DNA of 64,000 bases from Eledone cirrhosa. Taxonomy: Eukaryota. The notes beneath the pieces are model-generated. The model made no database searches and was not told the origin of the DNA. It saw nothing but the letters and a program-made list of their open reading frames with translations. The stretch is from assembly GCA_964016885.1 (NCBI GenBank), contig OZ024746.1, positions 62,930,001 through 62,994,000 on the forward strand, written 5' to 3'. Each line of letters begins with the position of its first letter. Positions within the stretch are counted from its first letter, which is position 1. This document shows, piece by piece, positions 25,790-38,279 of this stretch. The position numbers were made by a program, and so were the translations under genes.

Positions 25790-26220
25790 TAGTTCTCAGG
25801 CTACCCTGTAGATAGTTATGCTGATACCATGATAAAAAAGAACCCAGCCCACCTTGTAAAATGGTTGTGTTGGTACCTCAATGAAAAAACACCCAGTCCA
25901 CCTTGTCAGATGGTGGTGCTGGTACCATGAGGAAAAACCACCCAGTCCACCTTGTCAGATGGTTGTGCTGGTACCATGAGGAAAAAGCACCCAGTTCACC
26001 TTGTCAAATGGTTGTGTTGGTACCTCAATGAAAAAGCACCCAGTCCAACTTGTCAGATGGTCGTTTTGGTGCTACAATAAAATGCACCCAGTCCACATTG
26101 TGATGGGGCTGGCTTTACAAAGGGCATCTAGCTATAGAAACCAAACCAGAAACAATTTTGAGTGAGCAAGATGTGGCGATTTGATCTGACTTGCCTCATG
26201 TGACAACCCATCTAACACAT
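25790..26220 (+). repeat. 49-bp minisatellite within a related RTE 3'UTR copy
   Basis: About six units of GATGGTTGTGCTGGTACCATGAGGAAAAAGCACCCAGTCCACCTTGTCA; ends ACAACCCATCTAAC. Confidence 0.7.
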
Positions 26221-26813
26221 ATTTGTGGGGTAACACATAATATTTGTTCCAGCTTTCGATATTTGAGTTCAAATGTCTTTCATTCTTTCAGGGTAGAGAA
26301 TTGGTGGAATTATTAGAATGGTGAGTGAGATATATTTTGATATTAGTTCCGGCTGTTTGTATTCAAAGTTCAAATCCTGCTGGGGTATGGATTTAATCTA
26401 AAGCCTGGTTTAATACCATCATATGGCCTTTAGCAGAATTCATTCTGTTGCAAACATTTGGATCAAGTTTCCAGCTTGAGAATACTTTCCTCTCTTGAGA
26501 CAATTCTGAGGTTTTTTAAAAACCTATTAGGTTTAATCGGTGCAAGTACAGGTTTTACTTTAGCTTACTGGCATTGTAGGAACTAGCTTGGTTATGGGAA
26601 AACAAAACAAGCGTTTAGTGATTATCTTATCACAAGTCTCATACTGGTATTATTTTATAAACTCCAGCGAAAGAAAAATAATGTGAACTTGAACTCTATT
26701 TTGATATTAAAGACAAGAGCTTCAAAGTAGATACAATTAATTAGATACAACTAAGTATTCAGTTTAACTCTCTATCATACAAGCTAATTCAAATGCTTTT
26801 TCAGAAAACACAT

Positions 26814-27600
26814 AATAATTGTTTCTACTTTTGGCACAAGGCCAGCAATTACCCAGTACATTACTGGTACTTTATTTTATCGACCCCATAAGGATGAAAG
26901 ACAAAGTTAATCTCGACAGGATTTGAACTCAGACCGTAAAGGGACGTAACTGTGCTAGAAAGCATGGCGTCCAACCCTCTACCGATACTGCCAATTCAGA
27001 AAACACATAATAATTGTTTCTCCTTTTGGCCCAAGGACAGCAATTATCTCAGTACATTACTGGTACTTTATTTTATCGACCCCCGTAAGGATGAAAGGCA
27101 AAGTTAACCTCGGCGGGATTTGAACTCAGATCGTAAAGGGACGTAACTATGCTGGAAAGCATGTCCGACCCTTCACCGATACTGCCAATTCACCCACCCT
27201 TAATAATAATTGTTTCTACTTTTGGCTCAATGCCAGCAATTAACCAGTGCATTACTGGTACTTTATTTTATCGACCCCGTGAGGATGAATAATAATTGTT
27301 TCTACTTTGGGCACAAGGCCAGCAATTACCCAGTACATTACTGGTACTTTATTTTATCGACCCCGTAAGGATGAAAGGCAAAGTTAACCTCGGCGGGATT
27401 TGAACTCAGACCGTAAAGGGACGTAACTGTGCTGCAAAGCATGGCGTCCGACTTTCTACCGATACTGCCAATCCACCGCCTTATCATTATAATAATTGTT
27501 TCTATTTTTGGCACAAGGCCATCAATTACCCAGTATATTACTGGTACTTTATTTTATCGACCCCATAAGGATGAAAGGCAAAGTTAACCTCGGCGGGATT
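26814..27600 (-). mobile_element. Head-to-tail array of five family A tRNA-SINE copies
   Basis: Repeated AATAATTGTTTCTACTTT...GGATTTGAACTC...GATACTGCCAAT. Element strand has A box TGGCAGTATCGG and B box GAGTTCAAATCC. Confidence 0.9.
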
Positions 27601-28992
27601 TTTTTTTTTATACACACTTAAACGTCAATTAAAAAGTTGAAATATATAATGATGTTTTCTTTAGACATCTTCTTCTCTTTCTCCTCCTCTTCCTCATTCT
27701 TCTTTTTTTCCCACTCAGGGCCGTGCATTACGTCAGCGTTCTTCCCGTCCAATCCTTGATGTCATCATTCCAGCGTTTCCTTGGTCTTCTTCTCGATCTT
27801 CGGCCATATCAATGGGAAATAACTCTAAATCTATTAATCTGATCAAGGGAAGCTACTCTAATGTTAATTTTTGCGGTCTCTTGTAAGAAAACAGAATTAC
27901 GAATAAATTTGTTTGTTTTGACAGTTATTTTGATCAGAAATCGTGGGTTGAAATAGTTTGTTGCATTTTAGAAAACGTTATCTGTGTCAATAATTAAAAA
28001 CATGCACAGGCCTGTAACTGTTGTTTAGTTCTTTATTCTTTAATAATTTGATTACAAATATTTAATCAATTATTTAATTAGAGTGTGTGTATCGTGCTCA
28101 TAGTTTAAATAATTAAATAATAAAAAAGAAATACTAATCACAATCAGCAGGTGTGATTAATTATTGGTAATTAATTATCTTCCAAAATATAGAAATAATT
28201 GCGGTGTTCAATATATGCATTACGATGTGATTAGTATTGTTGTCATAGAAACTAATAATAACGACGCTGCAGTCATAATACAGACATTTCTATCAGAGTA
28301 GAAGAAGACAGGGGAAGGAGCAGACTAACAAAGAAAGGACGAGTGTGTGTGTGTGGGGGGGGGGGTACTTTTTTTCTGAGTTGTAGGTCTAATAGATACA
28401 TTAAACATAAATATAATATATAGCGGTTGCTTCAGTATGGCCTCAGTCTGTCGGCTGGATCACGTAAAAGAGAAAAAGAGTTATACAATGTTTATTTCTA
28501 ATGTAAGCACAATGCCTCTAAATTGTAGGATGGGTAAAGATCGACCCACTTACGTAACTGGTACTTTATATTATCTACACAAGAAAGATGAAAGACAAAC
28601 TTTGACTTCGACAGAATTTCAACTCAAAACGTAGTCATATAAATAGTTGTTTCTACTTTTGGCACAAGGCCAGCAATCATCCCAGTGCATTACTGGTACT
28701 TTATTTTATCGACCCGTAAGGATGAAAGGCAAAGTCAACCTCAATGTTTGGTCGTCACTCGAAAGATTCTGCTCAGCCACGTGTCACAAATTATATAAAA
28801 AGGTTTCATTCACAATTGTATAACATTACAGATTATTTATAATTCTTACAGAATGAAAATATACACATAAATAATGTATACAATATTTAATCATATAAAT
28901 ATTTCACATATAAATATAATCAAAACGAAAAAAAAAAAAAAACTAATTAAACTAAGTAATGTGTGCCTTTGGGGTCTCCCCCTAATACTTTT

Positions 28993-29238
28993 TGTACATG
29001 TGTTGTGCTTATTTTATCTATCCAGGAAATTTGGAGGCTATTTCTAGCAAATAAAGTGACCGTGTAGAGCTATTCACGTTGGCTTCTTGTTTTTGGTGTT
29101 ATTTATTTAATATAAAACAAATAAATAAATAACAACAAAAACAAGAAGCCAACGTGAATAGCTCTACACGGTCACTTTGTTTGCTAGAAATAGCCTCCAA
29201 ATTTCCTGGATAGATAAAATAAACACAACACATGTACA
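28993..29238. repeat. Near-perfect inverted duplication (~115-bp arms, short AT spacer)
   Basis: TGTACATGTGTTGTG...TTATTTATTT / AAATAAATAA...CACAACACATGTACA. Confidence 0.9.
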
Positions 29239-29514
29239 GAGCTCGTTTCAACTTCCTCCAGCGAAAATGAATATAGGTATATTCAGTTTATTATAACCAC
29301 GCGTTAATCGTAATGAGTAGCGAGTTATTTCCCTTGTGACTGCTTTTTACGTTGTCTGTGTAGGAAATATTTTCTTTAGAGAGGATGAAATGGACTATTT
29401 TTCGTGGCTTATAAACTTGATGTCTATTCGATCAAAAATAACATTTTACATTCATATAAATCAATTATTCATTTAAATCAATAATAATAATTTTTTCTTT
29501 AGTAATTACCAAAT

Positions 29515-29700
29515 ATAATTGTTTCTACTTTAGGCACAAGGCCAGCAATTATCCAGTGCATTACTGGTACTTTATTTTATCGACCCCGTAAGGATGAAAG
29601 GCAAAGTCAACCTCGGCGGGATTTGAACTCAGATCGTAAAGGGACGTAACTATGCTGGAAAGCATGGCGTCTGACCCTCTACCGATACTGCCAATCCACC
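29515..29700 (-). mobile_element. Family A tRNA-SINE
   Basis: Full consensus match. Further copies or partials at ~28645, 29713, 30079, 31667, 32300, 34358, 47811, 48040, 49729, 49906, 52126, 60290. Confidence 0.9.
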
Positions 29701-32700
29701 GGTACCAAATATAATAAAGTACCAGAAATGCACTGGGGTCGATTTAATCAACTTTCCCCTCCCCCCAAATTGTTGGCCTTGTGCCTAAATCTGAAATCAA
29801 TAATTATCAAATATAATTTAACTTTAAACATTTTCTTTTACCAGTAAATCATTCTGAATTTACATATATACACAATTTCTGTTGAGACGAGGAAAAGAGA
29901 TAACATGATGTTCTATACACGTTGTGATATTTCTTTTATTAATAAATCATTCAGAATATATATTTACGAAACAATCACCTACAGTTTTATGTTAATATTG
30001 TCTTGTCTATCTTTGTCTTGAGTCATCCCTCCATCGAAGATGAAGCATAATATTATTATAACACAGGAAAGGCAAAGTCAATCCCGCCGAGGTTGACTTT
30101 GCCTTTCATCCTTACAGGGTCGATAAAATAAAGTACCAGTAATGCACTGGATAATTGCTGGCCTTGTGCCTGAAGTAGAAACAATTATTATAACACAGAC
30201 GGGAAGAATTCTTTATAAATAGTGCAGTGTATCTCGTTAGCCATTCGTCTGTTATATCTCTTTTAAAGATTGAAGACTTCATCTTAAAGTAATTGATTCA
30301 AAGCAAGATACACTTTCGTGTTCTCCATAAGTATCGGGCCATTTTAATAACATTATGCAAGATAATATAATAAAACACTTATCTGTGTATAATAAGAGAG
30401 ATAAGTATATCAGGCTATGTTTGTCATAGGTGCAAAAATTAATCAGGATTATTATGTATTTGTTATATTGTGTTCTCGAACAGTTTTTATAATTCATTTG
30501 ACGTCTGCCGTGTTGAAGTAGTTGTCACACAGTAGTTAGTCTGTAGACAAATAGAACCTATCTTCTACAAATAATGTATCATGTTATCGAGTGAGTTAAG
30601 TAAATGTCTGGGATTTTCTTCAACAGTTCAATATATATGGATCTACCCAAAAGAGCCTTTAGTTAAAGTGTAGAATTCACGTCTGATATCTCGCTGTTTT
30701 CACTTCAGCATTACTAAAATTTATTTAGCGTCTAGAAATCTTTAATGATATCTGATTCTAAATACTCCGAGAAAGGCTGTAAACATGTTCTATCGTATTC
30801 ACAACACCCGCCACCTCATGCTATCGTCACTGGTAATCATTAACAATATACGCAGTCATCATCGCCAGATATACTAAAAATAGCAGTCAAAGAATGATGT
30901 TGTTATAGCTTTAGTTAAACTATATGTAAAATAACAAATTGTGATTTATTTTTTTGGATTGTTATTTATTGGATGACAAACGTAAGAAAGAACGATCTAC
31001 CGTTGAAGACCAAGTCCTATTCCCAATCTCACCGGAAGTTCGTTTTCTCCTCGCTAGTCAAATAACAAGTCCGCATTAAAGGAACGCCGTCTTTCACAAG
31101 CTCGCGGGCAATGCTGCACAACGTACTCCTAAAAAGACGAGTTGGTCAGGACTAGAATGCAGTTGATCAAAGTTTTGTTCGACCAGGCTTGACGAGGGTT
31201 AATCAACAATAGCAATCAATAGAAATCTATTTATATTCTCTTAACCTCGTAATCTAGCTGGGAAATGCCACAAAACCAATGAGAACACATATCATACTAC
31301 TTCCTTTTTTTTTTCTGTAACCAGAACGTCTAAGCAATTTTTTATAAAACAGACCAGCTAAGAGTAATTAATGATTGGTTCATCGCTTATCAGTGGTATC
31401 TCTACAGCCATAATATCTATCTACATAGTCATAACATCTCTCTACACTGGCTTAACATCTCTCTACGCAGTCTTAATATCCCTCTGTACAACCATAATAT
31501 ACCTACAGTCTTAATATCTCTATACACCGTCTCAATATTTAAAAGGATGAAAAGCAAATTTGACCTCAGCAAGATTTGAACTCAACGCACAGAGAGCCGG
31601 AACAAACACTGAGGCATTTTTAATCTGATTTCCCAACCCCTCTGCTAATTCGCTGCCTTGTATCTAAATAATTGTTTCTACCTTTGGCACAAACCCAGTG
31701 CATTACTGGTACTTTATTTTATCGACCCTGTAAGGATGAAAGGCAAAGTTAACCTCGGCAGGATTTGAACTCATAAAGGGGCGTAACTCTATGCTACACA
31801 GCATGGCGTCCGACCCTCTACCGATACTGCCACACCCGGAGTAGGAGAAAATATTTTTCTTCACAATCGCCAACAAAATCTGTAGTTTCCTTACGCCAGC
31901 CGTTCAAATTCAAGTTAGACTTTTCATTTCATTTTTTCTCCCGGGATCCATAAAATGTAACTACTTTGTAATACACATATTACATACAAATATATGTCTA
32001 TGTTGATTTAAATAAACATATCGTTGCTGAAAACTAGCGAACGTGTACAGTGTTTAGCTTTTAATTTTAAGAGAAAGGATGATAGAAATAAATTACACTG
32101 GTCAACACACTTTTTGCTGACTTAGGTTTTGTTGTTTTTAGTTAATTTTGAGGTGCTGATTTCAAATATGGCATCCATTCCCCCCTAATATATTAGGTTT
32201 TCATGTTTGTCTTTCGCTCAGCTATCCCATAAACACAGGAAACACGGATATTTTGTATACCCTCCTTGTTGGCCACAGGAAAACTTGACGTGATATAAAA
32301 ATAATTGTTTCTACTTTTGGTACAAGGCCAACAATTACCCAGTGTATTACTGGTACTTTATTTTGTCGATCCCGTAAGGATGAAAGGCAAAGTTAACCTC
32401 GATGAGATTTGAACTCAGACCGTAAATCGACGTAACTGTGCTAGAAAGCATGGCGTCCAACCCTCTACCGATATAAAAGTAATATTGTCATTTTTAAACC
32501 CAGCGGCCCCAAATTACCTAAGAACAGGTCTCAAACTTAGGTCAGCAGAAAAAAAAAGCAAACTTTTGTTGAAACTGTTATTAATGAATTATTTTGCCAC
32601 AGATTCATCAACATTGAAACCACTTTCTTTACTCCATCTAGAAATACAGTGCACAGGTTCTAAAGATTATTATATCAAGTTAAACTTATCATTTGAATCA

Positions 32701-33339
32701 ACAGCTGTTTATTTCGTATGTTAGTCTCCATTGACACTCTTATCACTATAACGCAGTTAGTGTCGTATGACAGGGTTTCAAATTACAATTTTATCACCAG
32801 AACTAAGTGGTTCTTTGACCAAAGAAACTTATCTTTCACAATAACAATGTAATTTACGATTAATTTGATTTTCTGTAACGACTTTCTACGTTGCACTATC
32901 ATAATCAGCATTACTGTCTCAAAATTTCAGAAGAATTAATTGATAGGAGATATGATAGATACAGGTCAAGCAAACGAGAGGTTTGTATTCTACCATCATC
33001 ACAACCAGTATAGTATAGTATAATATGATATAATATAGAATAATATATGTTATGGTACAGCATAGCATTATAGAACAGAATGTAGAGATCCAAATTCATT
33101 TTTAATCATTTGAAATTACATCCATAATGAAAGGAACATTTTTTAGCGTTAATGACAATTCCTGTCGAGATGTACAAGGGAGAGCACTCTGAAATTTAAA
33201 CTGATTAAACATTATATAGAGATATCAGTGTTGGAGCTAGAGGTAGCACGGATACGACTAGACTGGTAAATAGGGTGAAGTTATGGGAGATTAAGACGAC
33301 CAATTTGAACTTTTAATATTCACTTGTTGAAAGAGGAGT

Positions 33340-33663
33340 GTGTTCGACCTCCGTCGGTTCCGACGATGTGTGTTCTTATTGGTTCAAGCAACGGATCAAC
33401 CTGCTCGTGAAATTAACAGCAAATGGTTGAGCATTCCACAGACACGCGTACTCTTAACATAGTTCTCAGGGAGATTCAGCATGACACAGAATGTGACAAG
33501 GCTGGTTCCTCAAATTACAGGTGCAGCTAATTTTTTCCAGCTGTGTGGCTGGAGTAACGTGAAATAAAGTATCTTGTCCAAGAAGACAACGCGTCACCCG
33601 GAATCGAACTCACTCCCTTATGAGTATAAGCCGAATACCCTAACCACTAAGCCACGCGCCTTC
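33340..33663 (-). mobile_element. Family B-related (CORE-like) tRNA-SINE
   Basis: + strand shows GGAATCGAACTC and AACCACTAAGCCACGCGCC (reverse of B and A boxes); another copy at ~53330-53476. Confidence 0.75.
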
Positions 33664-34241
33664 ACTGAAAGGAGAAAAAGCAAAGAATGCAACACACCCA
33701 GTGGGCTCAGTTCTGTGTAAAGGATTCAATACATGAGATGAGGTGAGATAGAGTAGAATCAAGGTTGTGGTTGGGAGGGAGGAGAGTAGGAAGATAGTGG
33801 AACGTGTGTGGTGTTGTGGAGGGTGGAAGAAGAAAGAGGACGACGACGTGGAGGAAGGCGAGGAGGATAAGACAAGACAAGAAAAGAGGAAGACATTAAA
33901 AAGAAGAGAGAGAGAGAGAAAGATAATACAGTTTAACTCAGTCAGAGGAAGTGGGAGTAAGTAGGATGAAGAATTTTGAAGAACGAGTGTTTGTCCATTT
34001 CTTTATTCTTCAGACAAAATGTCAGCAACCGAAGTTATTTCTTCTCACAGTCTCACAGGATGCCGTTATAACTTTATTTCTCTCTTTCCTTACACACAAA
34101 CAATTCTAACATAGAGGCGTATGACCAAACTTTTCTTTAAATTCAAATAATGTAGTCGATTATATTTTTAACGCGTTACTCTTCCGTTTCTGCTTAACAT
34201 TTCTGCTTAAACATAAACCAGAAATCCCAAATCTTTTACAC

Positions 34242-34592
34242 CACGCATGTCAAACATGCGGTTCGCGGGCCAAATGCGGCCCTTTACAAGCGCACCTACG
34301 GCCCACGCAAATGTTTTTACAGTGCGAGCATGTTTTATCTTCGTAATATAAAATTAAAATAATTGTTTCTATTTTAGGCACAAGGCCAGCAATTACCCAG
34401 TACATTACTGGTACTTTGTTTTATCGACCCCGTAAGGATGAAAGGCAAAGTTAACCTCGGCAGGATTTGAACTCAGATCGTAAAGGGACGTATATTAGTT
34501 GTAATGTGCGCAATTAGTTGTCGAGTGTGGCCCTCAGACAACACATATGTGACCCATGTGGCCCTCGGGAGACCCTCAGTTTGACATGCCTG
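34242..34592. mobile_element. hAT-like MITE containing a nested family A SINE
   Basis: TIR CACGCATGTCAAAC / GTTTGACATGCCTG; 8-bp TSD TTTTACAC / TTTTAGAC (7/8). Confidence 0.8.
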
Positions 34593-34615
34593 TTTTAGAC
34601 CAACCGCCTTTTCAT

Positions 34616-34811
34616 CAGACCTGTCAATTCTCCCCGTCCGACGGGGAGATCTCCCATCCACTTTGGGGTGGGTGCGAGATGTATTCTCTTATGAAAATGG
34701 GTATAGCTTTCATGATGTAAAAATCTCCCCATTTTGCCTAATTTCTCCCAGTTTTGGGGCACTATTTTCCACGATACTCCCCGTTTGTGTTTTTAGAGGT
34801 TAACAGGTCTG
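34616..34811. mobile_element. MITE with CAGACCTG termini
   Basis: TIR CAGACCTGTCAA / TTAACAGGTCTG; homolog at 54012-54205. Confidence 0.75.
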
Positions 34812-34974
34812 CTTTCATGGAATACTTGACCTCTCACCGACCCGAGATATGTACGAAATAAAATTAGTAAGTAAATAATCAGTAAACAATATAAAATTGT
34901 CAATAAAGACTAAGTATATATAAATCAGAAACATGTATGAACAAGTTGTATTTGTATTGTTTTATGTATTTTCA

Positions 34975-35832
34975 GGGCAGTGGATTGGCAGAATCGGTAG
35001 AGCGTTGGACAAGACGGTTGTGGCATTTAGTTACAATTATTTACGTTCTAAGTTGAAATCTCGCCGAGGTCAACTTTAATCTTCAACCTTTCAGAGTCAA
35101 TGAAATAAAATAACAGTTAAGTCGATATAATCGAGTTCCATCTTCCTAACAAATTTCTGGCCTTGTGCCTAGATTAGAAATTATTATGTATGTATGGATT
35201 GGCAGCGGATTGGCAGTATCGGTAGAGCGTCGGGCAACGTTTTGCGGCATAGAGTTACATCCCTTTACGTTATGAAATCAAACTCCGCCGAGATTAGCTT
35301 TGTCTTTCATCCTTACGGGATCGATAAATAAAGTACCAGTAACGTACTGGGGTTGATTTAATCGACTTTCCCTGTGACCAAAATTGTTGACCTTGTGTCT
35401 AAATCAGAAACCATTATTTATGTGGATTGGCAGTATCAGTAGAGGGTCGGACGCCATGCTTTCCAGCATAGTTATGTCCCTTTACGATCTGAGTTCAAAT
35501 CCCGCCGAGGTTGACTTTGCCTTTCATCCTTACGGGGTCGATAAAATAAAGTACCAGTAATGCACTGGGTAATTGCTGGCCTTGTGCCTAAAGTAGAAAC
35601 AATTATTTATGTATTTTCAAGACGGTGGTGGGTTAGCAGAACGTTGAATAAATGCCTAGCAATATTTGTTCCAGCACTTTACCTTCTGAGTTTAAATCCC
35701 ATTCAGGTCAACTCTGTCTTTCATCCTTTCAAGGTCGGTAAAATAAAGTACTAGCTAAGTATTGGGGTTAATATAAGCGACTTTTCCTTCCACCAAATTG
35801 CAGGCATTGTGCCTAAATTAGAAATCATTATT
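34975..35832 (+). mobile_element. Tandem array of four family A SINE copies of differing divergence
   Basis: Repeated GGATTGGCAG..TCGGTAGAG heads and CCTTGTGCCTA..AGAAA tails. Confidence 0.85.
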
Positions 35833-36204
35833 TTATGCATTTCCATGTTTTATACAAATGTTTGTATTTGATCCTAAAGTTCAATCGACTCCGTGGATAG
35901 CCCAAGTAACCCCTGGGCGCTGCTATCAACCACTTTTGGAACTCTTGATATATATTCGACGAAGCCTGTAGGTAGTCGCTATCCCGGCTAGAAATCTCAG
36001 TCAAATCTCCCCCAAGTTAACAACGCCCTGAATAATGAAGTCGTGTTATACACTTAACAAAGATGGGAGGATATTGGCTGGAATGTCTTTTATTGTAGTT
36101 TTCAGAGAACACAGAGACGATTGAATCGACATCAGTAGACATAACCATTACTTGACAAAATACCGAGGTTAAGATATAAATTCCCTCGACCCCTATAAAT
36201 ACTG

Positions 36205-36849
36205 TTGTTAAGTTAAGGCCTCCTTCGGTCAAGGCTGACCATGAGTAGTATCCTGTTGTCAGCTCGGCTGGAGCAGCGTCTCCGGTGGCTAAACAGACCT
36301 ATATGTGAGTGACAGTCTCTGTCACATTGAACATATCTGTATATGGTCTCTGGTCTGTTGGATTTATTGCGCCGGGCTTTCCTGTTCGCTGCTGCTGTCA
36401 CCAAACTCTCCTCACCTGATTTGAAGTGTTGATTCAGGGTGTCTCTCCATCTTGGCCAGTCAGCTGCGAGGCCCTCCTAGGACTCTGTGTTGATCTCAAT
36501 GGCCTTCATATCTCTCTTCACAATGTCCTTGTATCGCAGCCGAGGTCGACCGGTGACTCTCTCTCCAGAGGCCAGCTCCCCATATAAGATGTCTTTTGGG
36601 ATGCGGCCATCATTCATGCGGTGGACGTGTCCTAGCCAGCGTAGTCTGCGCTGTCGGAGCAGGATAAACATGACAGGAAGGCCAGCACGAATAAGGACCT
36701 CGCCGTTGGGCACTGTCATGCCAGGAAATACCCAGGATACGGTGCAGGTTTCTCAGATGGAAGGTGTTGAGTCGCCTCTCCTGTCTAGCATATGGGGCCC
36801 ATGTCTCACTGCCATACAGCAGTATGCCGATGACACAGGCATTGTACAC
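36205..36849 (-). pseudogene. Degenerate RTE (BovB-like) LINE 3' fragment
   Basis: Frameshifted pieces LLYGSETW, RLRWLGHVHRMNDGRIPKDILYGEL, GRPRLRYKD, CDRDCHSHIGLFSHRRRC. Confidence 0.9.
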
Positions 36850-37475
36850 TGAGAGAAGAATTGACGAACGTTTCGGCTCAGGGTCCTCTTCTTACTGTCT
36901 TAGGTTGTTGTTGTTGTTGTTGTTGTTGTTCAGCTGATCGAGATCAGAGATCAACAAGCAATTTCCAAGTCGACTAACTCAGGCCCTTGGGTCTATGTCT
37001 TTCACTAGAATCATTAAGGCGATGAATTGGCAGAATCCCTAGAACGTCAGATATAATGTCTTGATGTCTTGGAGTATTTGTTTCGGCTCTCTGTACATGG
37101 AGTTCAAATCTCACCATGGCCAACTTAGTCATTCGTCATTACAGTTACTAGCAGAAAAACCACACTTCGGGTGGTTTTCTGCTAGCATATGCAGTGTGTA
37201 TATTGATATTATACGCAAGTATACATGCATGTAGATATGATACGTCAAATAAAATCGTAATTGGAAATATGCATAGAAATTGAAGAGAGACCGTATTACA
37301 CTCTCTTCTGTAAGTAAAGTAGTCCACGATACATTTAAAAAAGATGATATTATATATAAACTGCATTATGGTGAAATGTAATGAAAACAAAAAAGGAGAA
37401 AATTAGCAACGGAAAATATCATAACCTGAAGTGTTGACATTTGAAAATTTTAAAAGAAGTGAATCTTAAAATCAT

Positions 37476-37992
37476 TCTGAGTTCAAATCCCGCCGAGGTT
37501 AACTTTGCCTTTCATCCTTACGGGGTCGATAAAATAAAGTACCAGTAATGCACTGGGTAATTGCTGACCTTGTGCCAATAGCCAATAGTAGAAACAATTA
37601 TATATAAGAATATTTATGTTTTTGCAGCATAGAGTTACGCTACTTTACGGTCTGAGTTCAAATCCGGCCGAGGTTAACTTTGTTTTTCATCCTTACGGGA
37701 TCGATAAAATAAAGCACCAGTAACGTACTGGTGTCGATTTAATCGACTTTCCCCTCCCACCAAATTACTGGCCTTGTGCCTATATTAAAAATCATGATTT
37801 ATTCAAAGTGAATTGGCAGTATCGGTAGAGGGTCGGACGCCATGCTTTCCAGCATAGTTACGTCCCTTTACGATCTGAGTTCAAATCCCGCCGAGGTTGA
37901 CTTTGCCTTTCATCCTTACGGGGTCGATAAAATAAAGTACCACTAATGCACTGGGTAATTGCTGGCCTTGTGCCTAAAGTTTGAAAAAATTA
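37476..37992 (+). mobile_element. Three tandem family A SINE copies
   Basis: GAGTTCAAATCC.GCCGAGG occurs three times. Confidence 0.88.
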
Positions 37993-38279
37993 TGATTTTT
38001 ATCATTTAATGTCCTACTCTTTTCTACACTATTCACTATACTTCAACATCCTCTTAATAAAAAAGTATGTTTTAATGTTACATAAATAGGACTGGGGTAA
38101 ATCAGAATGAAGCCAGTAGCTGTTAATCATGGACACTCTATATAAGTAGGGTTCTGTTAAGTAATCTGACCTTTAATCTCTGACCAGTGGTCAGTCATAA
38201 ATCCAGCCAGCTAATCAAGCCGTCATCTAGCTTATCTATGATGCATATCTATGTTGTCATCAACTTTGTGTGTTGTCAC

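Noticed and set aside
30240-30900. Possible decayed transposase
   Set aside because: No sustained frame or DDE motif identifiable by eye.
36861-36898. Minus-strand AAGAAGA-GG..CC-GAAACGUUCGUC hammerhead-like relic
   Set aside because: The CUGA core is broken and stem I is absent.
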